From the NCBI GenBank assembly GCA_934777435.1, contig CAKVNK010000002.1, positions 195,889 to 259,888 on the forward strand: a stretch of DNA of 64,000 nucleotides, read 5' to 3'. Origin of the DNA: an uncultured Clostridia bacterium (lineage in GTDB: Bacteria > Bacillota > Clostridia > Christensenellales > UBA1242). The position numbers and the translations under genes are program-made. Within the stretch, counting starts at the first letter, position 1; each line of letters starts with the position of its first letter. Below are positions 22,501 to 31,316 of the stretch, piece by piece. The notes beneath the pieces were generated by a model. That model saw nothing but the letters and a program-made list of their open reading frames with translations. It ran no database searches and was not told the origin of the DNA.

Positions 22501-23743
22501 AGGTGTAAAGAAAGACCATGGCAATGTAGATACAAGATACAAATTGACAGGTAACGAGATAGAGATAACAGACGGCAAAGTGCCAGAAGGTATGTTAGAA
22601 GATGACTATGTAACATTGATAGCTGGCACATACTATGCAGTGTTTGAGAAAGAGTTAATTTCAACCGAGATGATATTAACAGCAAGAAACAAAAACAACT
22701 ATGGCTACCAAACAAATGGCTTGCAAGCGGTATGGAGAAATGGGCATTTGGCGGTGTTAAAAGAAAGTTCAGTGCAAGACACATTAAACTTCTACCGTAA
22801 TGCAGAATTAGCAGATGAAGAACTTGTAACGTATTACTATATGGATAAGACAGGTAGACATGACATCACTGGCACAAGTTTAACCATAACCAGTGAAATG
22901 CTGGAAAATATCCAACCATTGGCAAACGGAAGCAAATTGTTAAAGATATATGTAGAGAGTAACTTAAAGTTTAACTTAACATTTACAGTAGAAGAAGAAA
23001 GTTTGCAATACTTGGAAAAGATAGAAGTGGATGGAAAGACATTAAGTTCAGTAAACAACATATTCAGCACAGCGTATAGCCTAGAGAACACCAGTGTAAC
23101 ATACAGCATAAGCAGTAAGTTACCGGATAAATACAAGATAACCATAACAGGAGATGCAACAGGCACAGGCAGTGAGATAAGCCAAAGCATAACACTTGTG
23201 ACCAACCGAAAGATAACAGTAAAGATAACCAAGAATAGTTATGGGTTAACGGTAGACGAGAAGTTGTATGCGGACATAGTTGAATTGAACAACAATGCAC
23301 CTGAAACATTAACAGGGGACGATGTGCTTAATCCAAGCATAAACGGAGATAAGGTTGGCTATGTATACAACAGTAATCCAACATATGTAGACATAGTGAC
23401 AGTTGCAGGTGAAGGTAATGATAAGAAGCAATTAACATCGATAAGGTTTGAAGACGAGAAGTTAAGTTTTGAATTAGCCTTAGACGCAACTAGCGAAGCG
23501 TACATTACAGGCATAACTGCCAAGAAAGCGGACGGCGGAGAGATAAGCAAAGCGGCCATAAAGATAAGCCCAGATAAAGAAAACGCAAATATGTATAGCG
23601 TAAGCATAACCGTTGACGGGGAAACGTTTACCTTTACTTTAGAAAAGTCTAGCACTGGCTCAATATTGTTTGGTTTTGTGGGGTTAGGAAATTCAAAATT
23701 AACTTTAACCTACACTGTTGTAAAACTGATATCCATAAGTTAG
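16592..23743 (+). CDS. Giant secreted/surface protein (2383 aa) with Listeria-Bacteroides (InlB B-repeat)-like modules
   Basis: GGGG RBS. N-terminal signal/anchor (STIIFAIVALFVSSIFAFGLNFIQVGYAAAP). Modules of the G-Y-x-F-x-G-W ... A-x-W-E-K type (YRFKGWRVEK...CVALWEK). No LPXTG or other recognisable C-terminal anchor. Confidence 0.85.
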   Translation: MVFERSKNRIELSTIIFAIVALFVSSIFAFGLNFIQVGYAAAPSSRYTFYFTCQETEYWSGDAVMETMYTYFDDDIELAYSPNDYPDYIKKDENGAQYRFKGWRVEKLQSYYGTGDPLTAKVASVVDECASDRFELYQPTGPIGDLAYYRCVALWEKRYFNEEIIASDDESWTPLGTEGKGIVYSVFDYDNSYNGDYIDFGGDREFRINMFATGTDMCDYESIKFFDSVYYDKYTQYYDDYEKMCEVFEESMYEEDPEVIGVIPGSAAKSIWYMERPDPVINNNKSTPRLRRFCDWKRLNFYIRFQPNSGSIQNLCVGSFWIPALPRSMYNKLPGITTNSPFVTSSTAYNDLDVKCQMFSIYNYEFKTMMEMQYSDGVNDPAYFIQFLGFNVEGGADVGSSTISVYADYREKDWRKESGDVFLKYNLVFNQPNNVSTGKNAGAFWYKKLGTTGDFTKVQADDGSPCALTMAIYDKTKIDITYSNNETVFTFYMSSYTYSRRTIKYSIADGYRFDSLNRNGNQDLSPQNNLTSQSFVTDKDEEINLNYQLIYYNLSIGYTTIGLSNNTKAYLASSEYRPNNDKTYQDVTRLKNSCLSVEGYELPTASNTTALTDIFGEDYATLVSNQKVFSGWLLDLTALERLGYTYDENTNTATRSYNYKTSPIVQQVDEPTWVKFEAGKASTTLNGERRICLKLTKIYGFGNFVFGLSNVASAGFIWGDNSKHISSESFVLPIVPNWSSQYNLSISNPIRTVNFVSSKDSVSGVLKNTSSTIYSTVNFKVTSNSNIDFVFPKGAAFCSYANITSYSEIYDENGNYGLFNYGHDIIGYQISFKYGGMTYYPYYYKPANAIIKSWKALYLKNGNYYYTTYGSSGTATDVQCNVSTINNQIYMSIKDFSYTLFGKTSTADMQSLIRCFASWTQGDFVLRDTTFVVTPVWDNAKINITESMPNQFGSASKIDTFTIKFEDAYNIDFGNSDSTGKSIAYYETRSYNAVVANANKTSTDVYWNYYKIPKSDYVYNSINHSYTVTLSKVEVDNVYCIYIKDVSNINLAQNGNYTISETAENLNFSSNYDNIYKTRYRTFLHFGNSYGYSTLPSYVKGVTTDRYANMFRNAVNTYKNHIDETQVSVETLRKFHLRTVYNGANGRYIWVANNHTIGDLAFAKDYYENIAFRFNGVNGAYALTTSKYRGTFVPHSDYLINDPAGLQFKTQNVKSIRNTSWTIDMDVNHIGEEPTLVPIYFRESYKLNLNYYYKAGTYEYNGFVGYLNVVVTDNAAETSSTGGNGKYLVYYNSNKSKCVIYKYDTTSDTKRYKLSLWFDELTEDKIVDCIVIYRGCDVTIEAIDQSKVLDLNKENSFYDPMIGYRYTGELSGRVAGVEKTSLDSYGYTIPFNTNTEVGQVTTINGLFSDAEPVYVNAGDYISLSIYFAPINYDTTIAMTDTNAGQVQISRLGNSNVITTSQPYKLTNLQRGSVAEFFYYAYAGYGLMEEDFTISNNWIKSLDMSGNEIARQTDREKQTYKLNLSGAWLRIYLYKDGTYSVDASQTLGQIDVNIKMLEFDIYTSIIDKYTTKLETQWAEKGWKLDNQFIWELPVTELKTYDGNTIYAYYHNDKYYALLSSWANQPRTPTTRTLLADNYTFLLEDKPVNTYNITTDILFNMVLTERGIIVPEENRYMYFNLEVVEMYKLSLAIVVGVNDTNCSTRTLTISNTDNNTVTLTAGSEYIASQTMPYIYTYRWLENDLTATFVDKYYTGVTFTATEGDVVQPITSPMQATSDMVIYANFTPVQLLVDLTFNYNGTKVIQNPTTSAVDKAKIAEYFTSWQMTTKSGVQNNITNSTETGKVVANDTIAMAYTLKPIYNVTIKVNNSASRLIYDTTTGSYKAVVSTDDYISGKVEIVVDIVDKKQGQLNLKVDKDNSNGAVFHTQEAETMETFADLWINGINYGKTGSFMSGYTVKIKLNSIPTGYKYVGVKKDHGNVDTRYKLTGNEIEITDGKVPEGMLEDDYVTLIAGTYYAVFEKELISTEMILTARNKNNYGYQTNGLQAVWRNGHLAVLKESSVQDTLNFYRNAELADEELVTYYYMDKTGRHDITGTSLTITSEMLENIQPLANGSKLLKIYVESNLKFNLTFTVEEESLQYLEKIEVDGKTLSSVNNIFSTAYSLENTSVTYSISSKLPDKYKITITGDATGTGSEISQSITLVTNRKITVKITKNSYGLTVDEKLYADIVELNNNAPETLTGDDVLNPSINGDKVGYVYNSNPTYVDIVTVAGEGNDKKQLTSIRFEDEKLSFELALDATSEAYITGITAKKADGGEISKAAIKISPDKENANMYSVSITVDGETFTFTLEKSSTGSILFGFVGLGNSKLTLTYTVVKLISIS
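19953..23476 (+). repeat. 3.5-kb direct repeat, copy 1 (inside giant gene 1)
   Basis: Appears identical to 27203-30726 (offset 7250). Encoded protein and all antisense pseudo-ORFs are identical. Identity begins at atatagacgaaacg and ends at gttttgaatta. Confidence 0.85.
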
Positions 23744-23828
23744 GCTTAAATGTTTGAGTATATGTATCATGTTTTTAAAACATAAATCTAAAAAAGATTC
23801 AGACAAAGTAAATTAAAAGAATAGAAAA

Positions 23829-23864
23829 ACACACTGGATAAAGATGAAACCAGTGTGTTTTTTC
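23829..23864 (+). terminator. Rho-independent terminator
   Basis: Stem acacactgg/ccagtgtgt followed by a T-run. Confidence 0.75.
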
Positions 23865-23955
23865 TTAAGTTTTATTGATAAAACAATCTTACTCTCTGTT
23901 ACTTTTTTGAAATTATCAATGTTAGAAAGATTATGATATAAAGTTGTTAAAATAT

Positions 23956-23984
23956 TTGTAAAAAGAAGTAGATTGTGTTAAACT
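23956..23984 (+). promoter_or_regulatory. Putative promoter of giant gene 2
   Basis: TTGTAA, 17 nt, TG-T-TAAACT. Paralogous to 16541-16569. Confidence 0.5.
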
Positions 23985-24006
23985 ATTATTAAGCACTAGG
24001 GGTTTT

Positions 24007-27000
24007 ATGATTTATCAAAAAAACAAATCTAAATTACGTGTTTCAACAATTCTGCTTGCAGTTATTGTGCTTTTTGTAGCTTCTCTTTGTACTTTTGGCT
24101 TTAATGTGTTGCAAAATAGTGATGCTGCCGCCGTGTCATGGCAAATAAATTATATATTCCATTTGGGATCTGCTCCATATTGGTATGGTAATGAGATAGA
24201 GACAATGTCCACTTCAAGGATAACAATGATTGATGGCCCTTATGCATTTTCACCAAATGATGCTAACAATAAATCAAAAATTGGCAAGGGATACTTATTT
24301 AAGGGGTGGTCAGCTACAGAAGGGTCAAATAGGGTTGATGCACAAGATGGATTTAAATTAAACCACCCAACCTCAGCAAAAGTGTTAACTTTACACTATT
24401 ATGCTGTGTGGGAAAAAATTGAAAAATTTGATAGTGATGATTCTGTTGAAATATCAACAAAAAGCATCAAAATCACATATAGTGATAAGAGTGAGGATTA
24501 TGGAGGCAATAGAGAAGTTGTTGTAACACTCTCTGGTAAAGTGGAAAACGACTCTACTACCGATAATCGCTTAAAGTTTTATAAAAACACTCTTGGATGG
24601 AGCATAGATCAAACAGCGGGTAGCTCTGGTTCAACTTGGTATCTTGCTCCAAAAGTTGTTGATGGCACACTTTACAACAATGGTTTGCCAGTGCTTAGAA
24701 GCTTTACGTCTTGGACAACTCTTAGGTTTGCAATTAGGTATACCCATATTGATAGCCAGGTTTACACTGTTAATGTTGCATCTGTTGATGTGCCTTCTTT
24801 GAATTCGGATTTAACCAATGGTATAACCAATTATTTGGCTGGTAAATCAAATAGCAATTCGGTTGTGGTTTATGGTAAAAAATTTTCAGTGGCTAAAGCT
24901 ATTGATGCTGGCGGATTGAATGCCAAAATAAACAATTATATAAAGAAAAATTTTACTTATACATATGAATATGGAACCATATACGTCAATTTTGTAGGAA
25001 TAAACGACACAAAAAATGATCAGATCTTCACAAAATATGATTTAATGTTTAAAGCACCAATAAATATATCAACAAATGTAAACAAGGGGGCTTTTTGGTA
25101 TTATGGTGCAAGCACTGCTTCATTGGCCGCTTCAAAATCAGCAAATGGTACTGCTTCAGATTTGAAATATAAGGTATATGCTGACACTAATATAACTTAC
25201 AATAATAGCACAGCAAATAATAGATTTGAATTTAATACGGTAACTAGAGAAAATGGTCAAACTGTAAGTAAAAAGATATATGTTGTATACCGCATCCAAG
25301 ATGGTTATTCGTGTGAAAATATTGTATCAAACACACAAAATTACTTATATAGATATCCTACAACTAATTTGTCATCGAAAACTTGGACTATTTCTGCTAA
25401 TGAAACGATAACATCTGAATATAGCTTGATGTATTATAGTTTGACGGTTGGTTATACAGTGCAAGGTAGTTCGGTTAATGTTGCTTCTCAAGACGAAAGT
25501 GGAACTGTGAAAATTGTTAAATCCACATCTTATCAACCTAATGGTGGTAAAACATCTTACCAAGATGTAAGTTACACATATGACAATTCACAAAGCATAT
25601 TTTCAGTTGAGGGCTATGAATTGCCAACAACAGCGGCTGATTTGCAATCAATATTTGGTGGCGACTATGACAGATTATTGGGTACTAATGGTGGCGGAAC
25701 AAAACGAACATTTAATGGCTGGTTACTTGATGTTACTTCTTTGGAGGCGTTGGGTTATCAACTTGACAATAATTTATCAGGCAATGGCACTGTTTACTAT
25801 AGAAAATCATCACAATGGGTTAAATTTGACGTCGGAAATAAAATCACAACATTAAATGGATCAAGATCTATATATTTATCTTTAACAAAAGTATATGGAT
25901 ATGGAGATTTCTTATTTGGTCAGAATTCCAATATTAACAATGGTTATTGTTGGGGAACAAATAACAACAAAGGTTTTGAACCAGCATCATTTATTATGCC
26001 GATTGTTCCAAACTGGTCTTCAGAATATAACTTAAGTGTGTCAAATCCAAAAAGTTCTGTTGTTGTAGATAACGCAAACACAACAAAAACAATATCAGGT
26101 GTTTTGCTTGGCTCATTAAATGGTGTTTATGATGGTTGTACATTTAAAGTGACAAGTAATACAAATATTGACTTTGTTTACTCCAAAGGAACAGCCTTTT
26201 ATCAATCGGATAATATCAAGTCATCAAGTTTATATAATACAGCAGGTCAATATGGTTTGTTTAATTATGGTCACGATATTATAGGCTATCAAATAACATT
26301 TAAATATGGTGGAAAGACTTTTTATCCATATTATTGTAAAGTAGCAGGGGAGTATTCAAAACAATGGAGACCATTATACTATAACAGTTCAGACGGAAAT
26401 TATTATTCTGACACATATAACGCTGATGGTTCAATTAGCTCAAAAGTTTATCCCGTATCACAAATTAACAATCAAATTTATATGTCGCTAAATGACTTTA
26501 AAAAAGTTTTTTGGAATACAGAAACTGATGTAAGCACAAACATGAGGGAATTGATATATTGCTTTGCAAGTTGGACTCAAGGTGACTTTGTGTTACAAGG
26601 AACAACGTTCGTAGTTTCCCCTGTTTGGCGTAAAGCGGATATTTGTATAACAGAAGCAACGGCAAATCAATTTGGCTCTGCTTCAAAAATAGACACAGTT
26701 ACAACAAGTATTGGAAATCAATATAATATTCCATTTGGTGATTCTGCTTCTGCAGGTAAAAGCATTGCATACTACAAAACAAAAAGCAATAAAATTGTTG
26801 TGGCAAATCAAAATGGATATAGTGGAAATGTGACATGGAATTACTACAATCATTCAATATTTGATTATGATTATAACTTAACAAACAATCAATATATAAT
26901 AGAACTTAAAAAGTTTGAAGTTGATAATGTGTATCGTGTTTATTTTAAAGATGTATCTAATTTAAATCTTATTGAAGATTGTGAGTATATTGCCGTTAAT

Positions 27001-30000
27001 GATAGTGATGATGGTAATGAATCTATCTTTGGTGGGAATAGAAATGATGCTTACTCTGTTACATACAGAACATATTGGAATTTTGCCGCATCGTCTGATT
27101 GTTATGGCAGTTTGCCAAACTATGCTATCACAACGACACAAGTGCCAGCGACAGATTACTTTGCATCGTTGTTCAAGGTACAAGTAGATAGGTATGAAAG
27201 TAATATAGACGAAACGCAAGTTTCAGTTGAAACATTACGAAAGTTCCATTTACGCACTGTGTACAATGGGGCGAATGGAAGATATATTTGGGTGGCAAAT
27301 AACCACACTATTGGAGATTTAGCATTTGCCAAAGATTACTATGAAAACATAGCATTCAGGTTTAATGGTGTTAATGGTGCATATGCATTAACAACAAGTA
27401 AATACAGAGGAACATTTGTTCCACATTCAGACTATTTAATTAATGACCCCGCAGGTTTACAGTTTAAAACACAAAACGTTAAGTCAATAAGAAACACAAG
27501 TTGGACAATAGATATGGACGTAAACCACATAGGTGAAGAACCAACACTTGTGCCAATATATTTCAGAGAGTCGTACAAACTCAATTTGAATTACTATTAC
27601 AAAGCAGGTACATATGAATACAATGGCTTTGTTGGATACTTAAATGTAGTAGTTACCGACAACGCTGCAGAAACAAGTTCAACAGGTGGCAATGGTAAAT
27701 ATTTGGTATACTACAACAGCAATAAGTCAAAATGTGTAATATACAAGTATGACACAACATCAGATACAAAACGATATAAATTAAGTTTATGGTTTGATGA
27801 ATTAACAGAAGATAAAATAGTAGATTGTATAGTAATCTACCGTGGTTGTGATGTAACCATAGAAGCCATAGACCAAAGCAAAGTATTAGATTTGAACAAA
27901 GAAAACAGTTTCTATGACCCAATGATAGGTTACAGATACACTGGAGAATTGAGTGGTAGAGTAGCGGGTGTTGAAAAGACATCATTAGATAGTTATGGAT
28001 ACACAATTCCATTTAACACAAACACAGAAGTAGGACAAGTAACCACAATTAATGGCTTATTTAGTGACGCGGAGCCAGTATATGTAAATGCTGGTGACTA
28101 TATTAGTTTAAGCATATACTTTGCCCCTATTAACTATGACACAACCATAGCGATGACAGATACAAATGCTGGTCAGGTGCAGATTTCACGATTGGGCAAC
28201 AGCAATGTCATAACAACAAGCCAACCATACAAGTTAACAAACTTGCAAAGGGGTAGTGTTGCCGAGTTCTTCTATTACGCCTATGCAGGATATGGGTTAA
28301 TGGAAGAAGATTTCACCATATCCAATAATTGGATAAAGAGTTTAGATATGTCTGGTAACGAGATAGCAAGGCAAACAGATAGAGAGAAGCAGACATACAA
28401 ACTTAATTTAAGTGGTGCGTGGTTAAGGATATACTTATACAAAGATGGTACATATTCAGTAGATGCATCACAAACATTAGGTCAGATAGATGTAAACATA
28501 AAGATGTTAGAGTTTGATATTTACACTAGCATCATAGATAAATATACAACTAAACTTGAAACTCAATGGGCAGAGAAAGGTTGGAAATTAGATAATCAAT
28601 TTATATGGGAATTGCCAGTAACAGAGTTAAAAACTTATGACGGAAATACCATATATGCATATTACCATAACGACAAGTATTATGCATTGTTAAGCAGTTG
28701 GGCAAACCAACCAAGAACACCAACCACAAGAACATTGTTGGCAGATAATTACACTTTCTTGCTTGAAGATAAGCCAGTTAATACATACAACATAACCACA
28801 GATATATTGTTTAATATGGTGTTAACAGAACGTGGCATCATAGTACCTGAAGAAAACAGGTATATGTACTTCAATCTTGAAGTGGTAGAGATGTACAAAT
28901 TGAGTTTGGCAATAGTTGTAGGTGTTAATGATACCAACTGTTCAACCAGAACATTAACAATATCTAACACAGATAACAATACAGTAACACTTACAGCAGG
29001 CAGTGAATATATTGCATCACAAACCATGCCATATATCTACACATACCGTTGGTTGGAAAATGACTTAACGGCAACATTTGTAGATAAATATTATACAGGT
29101 GTAACATTTACAGCAACAGAAGGTGATGTTGTTCAACCAATAACTTCACCAATGCAAGCGACATCGGATATGGTTATATATGCAAACTTCACACCAGTTC
29201 AGTTGCTGGTAGATTTAACCTTTAATTACAATGGAACAAAGGTAATACAAAATCCAACAACAAGTGCGGTAGACAAAGCCAAGATAGCGGAATACTTTAC
29301 ATCATGGCAGATGACAACAAAATCTGGAGTGCAAAACAACATAACCAACAGCACAGAGACAGGTAAAGTTGTAGCAAATGATACTATTGCGATGGCATAT
29401 ACATTGAAGCCAATATACAATGTAACCATAAAGGTAAACAACAGTGCATCAAGGTTAATCTACGATACAACCACAGGCAGTTACAAAGCAGTGGTTTCAA
29501 CAGACGACTATATTTCAGGTAAAGTGGAGATAGTTGTAGATATTGTGGATAAGAAGCAAGGACAACTTAACTTAAAAGTAGATAAAGACAATTCAAATGG
29601 AGCAGTGTTCCATACCCAAGAAGCAGAGACAATGGAAACATTTGCGGACTTGTGGATAAATGGGATAAACTATGGTAAAACAGGTTCATTTATGTCTGGT
29701 TACACAGTAAAGATTAAGTTAAATTCAATACCAACAGGTTACAAATATGTAGGTGTAAAGAAAGACCATGGCAATGTAGATACAAGATACAAATTGACAG
29801 GTAACGAGATAGAGATAACAGACGGCAAAGTGCCAGAAGGTATGTTAGAAGATGACTATGTAACATTGATAGCTGGCACATACTATGCAGTGTTTGAGAA
29901 AGAGTTAATTTCAACCGAGATGATATTAACAGCAAGAAACAAAAACAACTATGGCTACCAAACAAATGGCTTGCAAGCGGTATGGAGAAATGGGCATTTG

Positions 30001-30993
30001 GCGGTGTTAAAAGAAAGTTCAGTGCAAGACACATTAAACTTCTACCGTAATGCAGAATTAGCAGATGAAGAACTTGTAACGTATTACTATATGGATAAGA
30101 CAGGTAGACATGACATCACTGGCACAAGTTTAACCATAACCAGTGAAATGCTGGAAAATATCCAACCATTGGCAAACGGAAGCAAATTGTTAAAGATATA
30201 TGTAGAGAGTAACTTAAAGTTTAACTTAACATTTACAGTAGAAGAAGAAAGTTTGCAATACTTGGAAAAGATAGAAGTGGATGGAAAGACATTAAGTTCA
30301 GTAAACAACATATTCAGCACAGCGTATAGCCTAGAGAACACCAGTGTAACATACAGCATAAGCAGTAAGTTACCGGATAAATACAAGATAACCATAACAG
30401 GAGATGCAACAGGCACAGGCAGTGAGATAAGCCAAAGCATAACACTTGTGACCAACCGAAAGATAACAGTAAAGATAACCAAGAATAGTTATGGGTTAAC
30501 GGTAGACGAGAAGTTGTATGCGGACATAGTTGAATTGAACAACAATGCACCTGAAACATTAACAGGGGACGATGTGCTTAATCCAAGCATAAACGGAGAT
30601 AAGGTTGGCTATGTATACAACAGTAATCCAACATATGTAGACATAGTGACAGTTGCAGGTGAAGGTAATGATAAGAAGCAATTAACATCGATAAGGTTTG
30701 AAGACGAGAAGTTAAGTTTTGAATTAACCTTAGATATATCTAGCGAAGCATATATCTCAAGCATAACGGCCAAGAAAGCGGACGGCGGAGAGATAAGCAA
30801 AGCGGACATAAAGATAAGCCCAGATAAAGAAAACGTAAATATGTATAGCGTAAGCATAACCGTTGACGGGGAAACTTATACTTACACATTTAAAAAGTTG
30901 GATACTGGTGCTATCCAATTTGGATTTATTGGTTTAAGCAATGCAAGGTTAACATTGACTTACACAATCTATAAACTGATATCTATAAGTTAG
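24007..30993 (+). CDS. Giant secreted/surface protein paralogue (2328 aa)
   Basis: GGGG RBS. Signal/anchor STILLAVIVLFVASLCTFGFNVLQNSDAAAV. The N-terminal ~1070 aa have diverged from gene 1 with conserved islands (FSVEGYELPT, LFNYGHDIIGYQI, CFASWTQGDFVL). The central 1174 aa are identical. The last ~89 aa are about 80% identical. Confidence 0.85.
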   Translation: MIYQKNKSKLRVSTILLAVIVLFVASLCTFGFNVLQNSDAAAVSWQINYIFHLGSAPYWYGNEIETMSTSRITMIDGPYAFSPNDANNKSKIGKGYLFKGWSATEGSNRVDAQDGFKLNHPTSAKVLTLHYYAVWEKIEKFDSDDSVEISTKSIKITYSDKSEDYGGNREVVVTLSGKVENDSTTDNRLKFYKNTLGWSIDQTAGSSGSTWYLAPKVVDGTLYNNGLPVLRSFTSWTTLRFAIRYTHIDSQVYTVNVASVDVPSLNSDLTNGITNYLAGKSNSNSVVVYGKKFSVAKAIDAGGLNAKINNYIKKNFTYTYEYGTIYVNFVGINDTKNDQIFTKYDLMFKAPINISTNVNKGAFWYYGASTASLAASKSANGTASDLKYKVYADTNITYNNSTANNRFEFNTVTRENGQTVSKKIYVVYRIQDGYSCENIVSNTQNYLYRYPTTNLSSKTWTISANETITSEYSLMYYSLTVGYTVQGSSVNVASQDESGTVKIVKSTSYQPNGGKTSYQDVSYTYDNSQSIFSVEGYELPTTAADLQSIFGGDYDRLLGTNGGGTKRTFNGWLLDVTSLEALGYQLDNNLSGNGTVYYRKSSQWVKFDVGNKITTLNGSRSIYLSLTKVYGYGDFLFGQNSNINNGYCWGTNNNKGFEPASFIMPIVPNWSSEYNLSVSNPKSSVVVDNANTTKTISGVLLGSLNGVYDGCTFKVTSNTNIDFVYSKGTAFYQSDNIKSSSLYNTAGQYGLFNYGHDIIGYQITFKYGGKTFYPYYCKVAGEYSKQWRPLYYNSSDGNYYSDTYNADGSISSKVYPVSQINNQIYMSLNDFKKVFWNTETDVSTNMRELIYCFASWTQGDFVLQGTTFVVSPVWRKADICITEATANQFGSASKIDTVTTSIGNQYNIPFGDSASAGKSIAYYKTKSNKIVVANQNGYSGNVTWNYYNHSIFDYDYNLTNNQYIIELKKFEVDNVYRVYFKDVSNLNLIEDCEYIAVNDSDDGNESIFGGNRNDAYSVTYRTYWNFAASSDCYGSLPNYAITTTQVPATDYFASLFKVQVDRYESNIDETQVSVETLRKFHLRTVYNGANGRYIWVANNHTIGDLAFAKDYYENIAFRFNGVNGAYALTTSKYRGTFVPHSDYLINDPAGLQFKTQNVKSIRNTSWTIDMDVNHIGEEPTLVPIYFRESYKLNLNYYYKAGTYEYNGFVGYLNVVVTDNAAETSSTGGNGKYLVYYNSNKSKCVIYKYDTTSDTKRYKLSLWFDELTEDKIVDCIVIYRGCDVTIEAIDQSKVLDLNKENSFYDPMIGYRYTGELSGRVAGVEKTSLDSYGYTIPFNTNTEVGQVTTINGLFSDAEPVYVNAGDYISLSIYFAPINYDTTIAMTDTNAGQVQISRLGNSNVITTSQPYKLTNLQRGSVAEFFYYAYAGYGLMEEDFTISNNWIKSLDMSGNEIARQTDREKQTYKLNLSGAWLRIYLYKDGTYSVDASQTLGQIDVNIKMLEFDIYTSIIDKYTTKLETQWAEKGWKLDNQFIWELPVTELKTYDGNTIYAYYHNDKYYALLSSWANQPRTPTTRTLLADNYTFLLEDKPVNTYNITTDILFNMVLTERGIIVPEENRYMYFNLEVVEMYKLSLAIVVGVNDTNCSTRTLTISNTDNNTVTLTAGSEYIASQTMPYIYTYRWLENDLTATFVDKYYTGVTFTATEGDVVQPITSPMQATSDMVIYANFTPVQLLVDLTFNYNGTKVIQNPTTSAVDKAKIAEYFTSWQMTTKSGVQNNITNSTETGKVVANDTIAMAYTLKPIYNVTIKVNNSASRLIYDTTTGSYKAVVSTDDYISGKVEIVVDIVDKKQGQLNLKVDKDNSNGAVFHTQEAETMETFADLWINGINYGKTGSFMSGYTVKIKLNSIPTGYKYVGVKKDHGNVDTRYKLTGNEIEITDGKVPEGMLEDDYVTLIAGTYYAVFEKELISTEMILTARNKNNYGYQTNGLQAVWRNGHLAVLKESSVQDTLNFYRNAELADEELVTYYYMDKTGRHDITGTSLTITSEMLENIQPLANGSKLLKIYVESNLKFNLTFTVEEESLQYLEKIEVDGKTLSSVNNIFSTAYSLENTSVTYSISSKLPDKYKITITGDATGTGSEISQSITLVTNRKITVKITKNSYGLTVDEKLYADIVELNNNAPETLTGDDVLNPSINGDKVGYVYNSNPTYVDIVTVAGEGNDKKQLTSIRFEDEKLSFELTLDISSEAYISSITAKKADGGEISKADIKISPDKENVNMYSVSITVDGETYTYTFKKLDTGAIQFGFIGLSNARLTLTYTIYKLISIS
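27203..30726 (+). repeat. 3.5-kb direct repeat, copy 2 (inside giant gene 2)
   Basis: See copy 1 (19953-23476). Confidence 0.85.
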
Positions 30994-31013
30994 GCAAAAC
31001 AAACAAAATAAAA

Positions 31014-31049
31014 ACACACTGAAATAATATAAAGTCAGTGTGTTTTTTT
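31014..31049 (+). terminator. Rho-independent terminator
   Basis: Stem acacactga/tcagtgtgt followed by a T-run. Confidence 0.75.
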
Positions 31050-31283
31050 CTATCTTTTCTAGCACTCTGTAGTTTCTGCGTTTGCTAAAAATATGTTGAT
31101 TTATTATTGCTTAATGCCTAAAATGTGGCAATTTAACATTAAAATTTGCACTTAATTGATAGTTGTTTGCTTTAAACTGCTAATAAATTGCCGTTTTATA
31201 CTCAAAGGCTGGCAGAATAGTGATTTTTGATGTTGTAAACTGCCAAATAAATGGCGGTTTTGACAAAAAGTGTCGTTTTTTGT

Positions 31284-31310
31284 TTGACTATCATTTTTTT
31301 TTGGTATAAG
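31284..31310 (+). promoter_or_regulatory. Putative promoter of the TasA-like expression site
   Basis: TTGACT at 31284 and an extended -10 (TGgTATAAG) at 31302-31310. Two operator-like repeats (taaactgcYaaWaaat) lie upstream at about 31174 and 31238. Confidence 0.4.
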
Positions 31311-31316
31311 ATTGAA

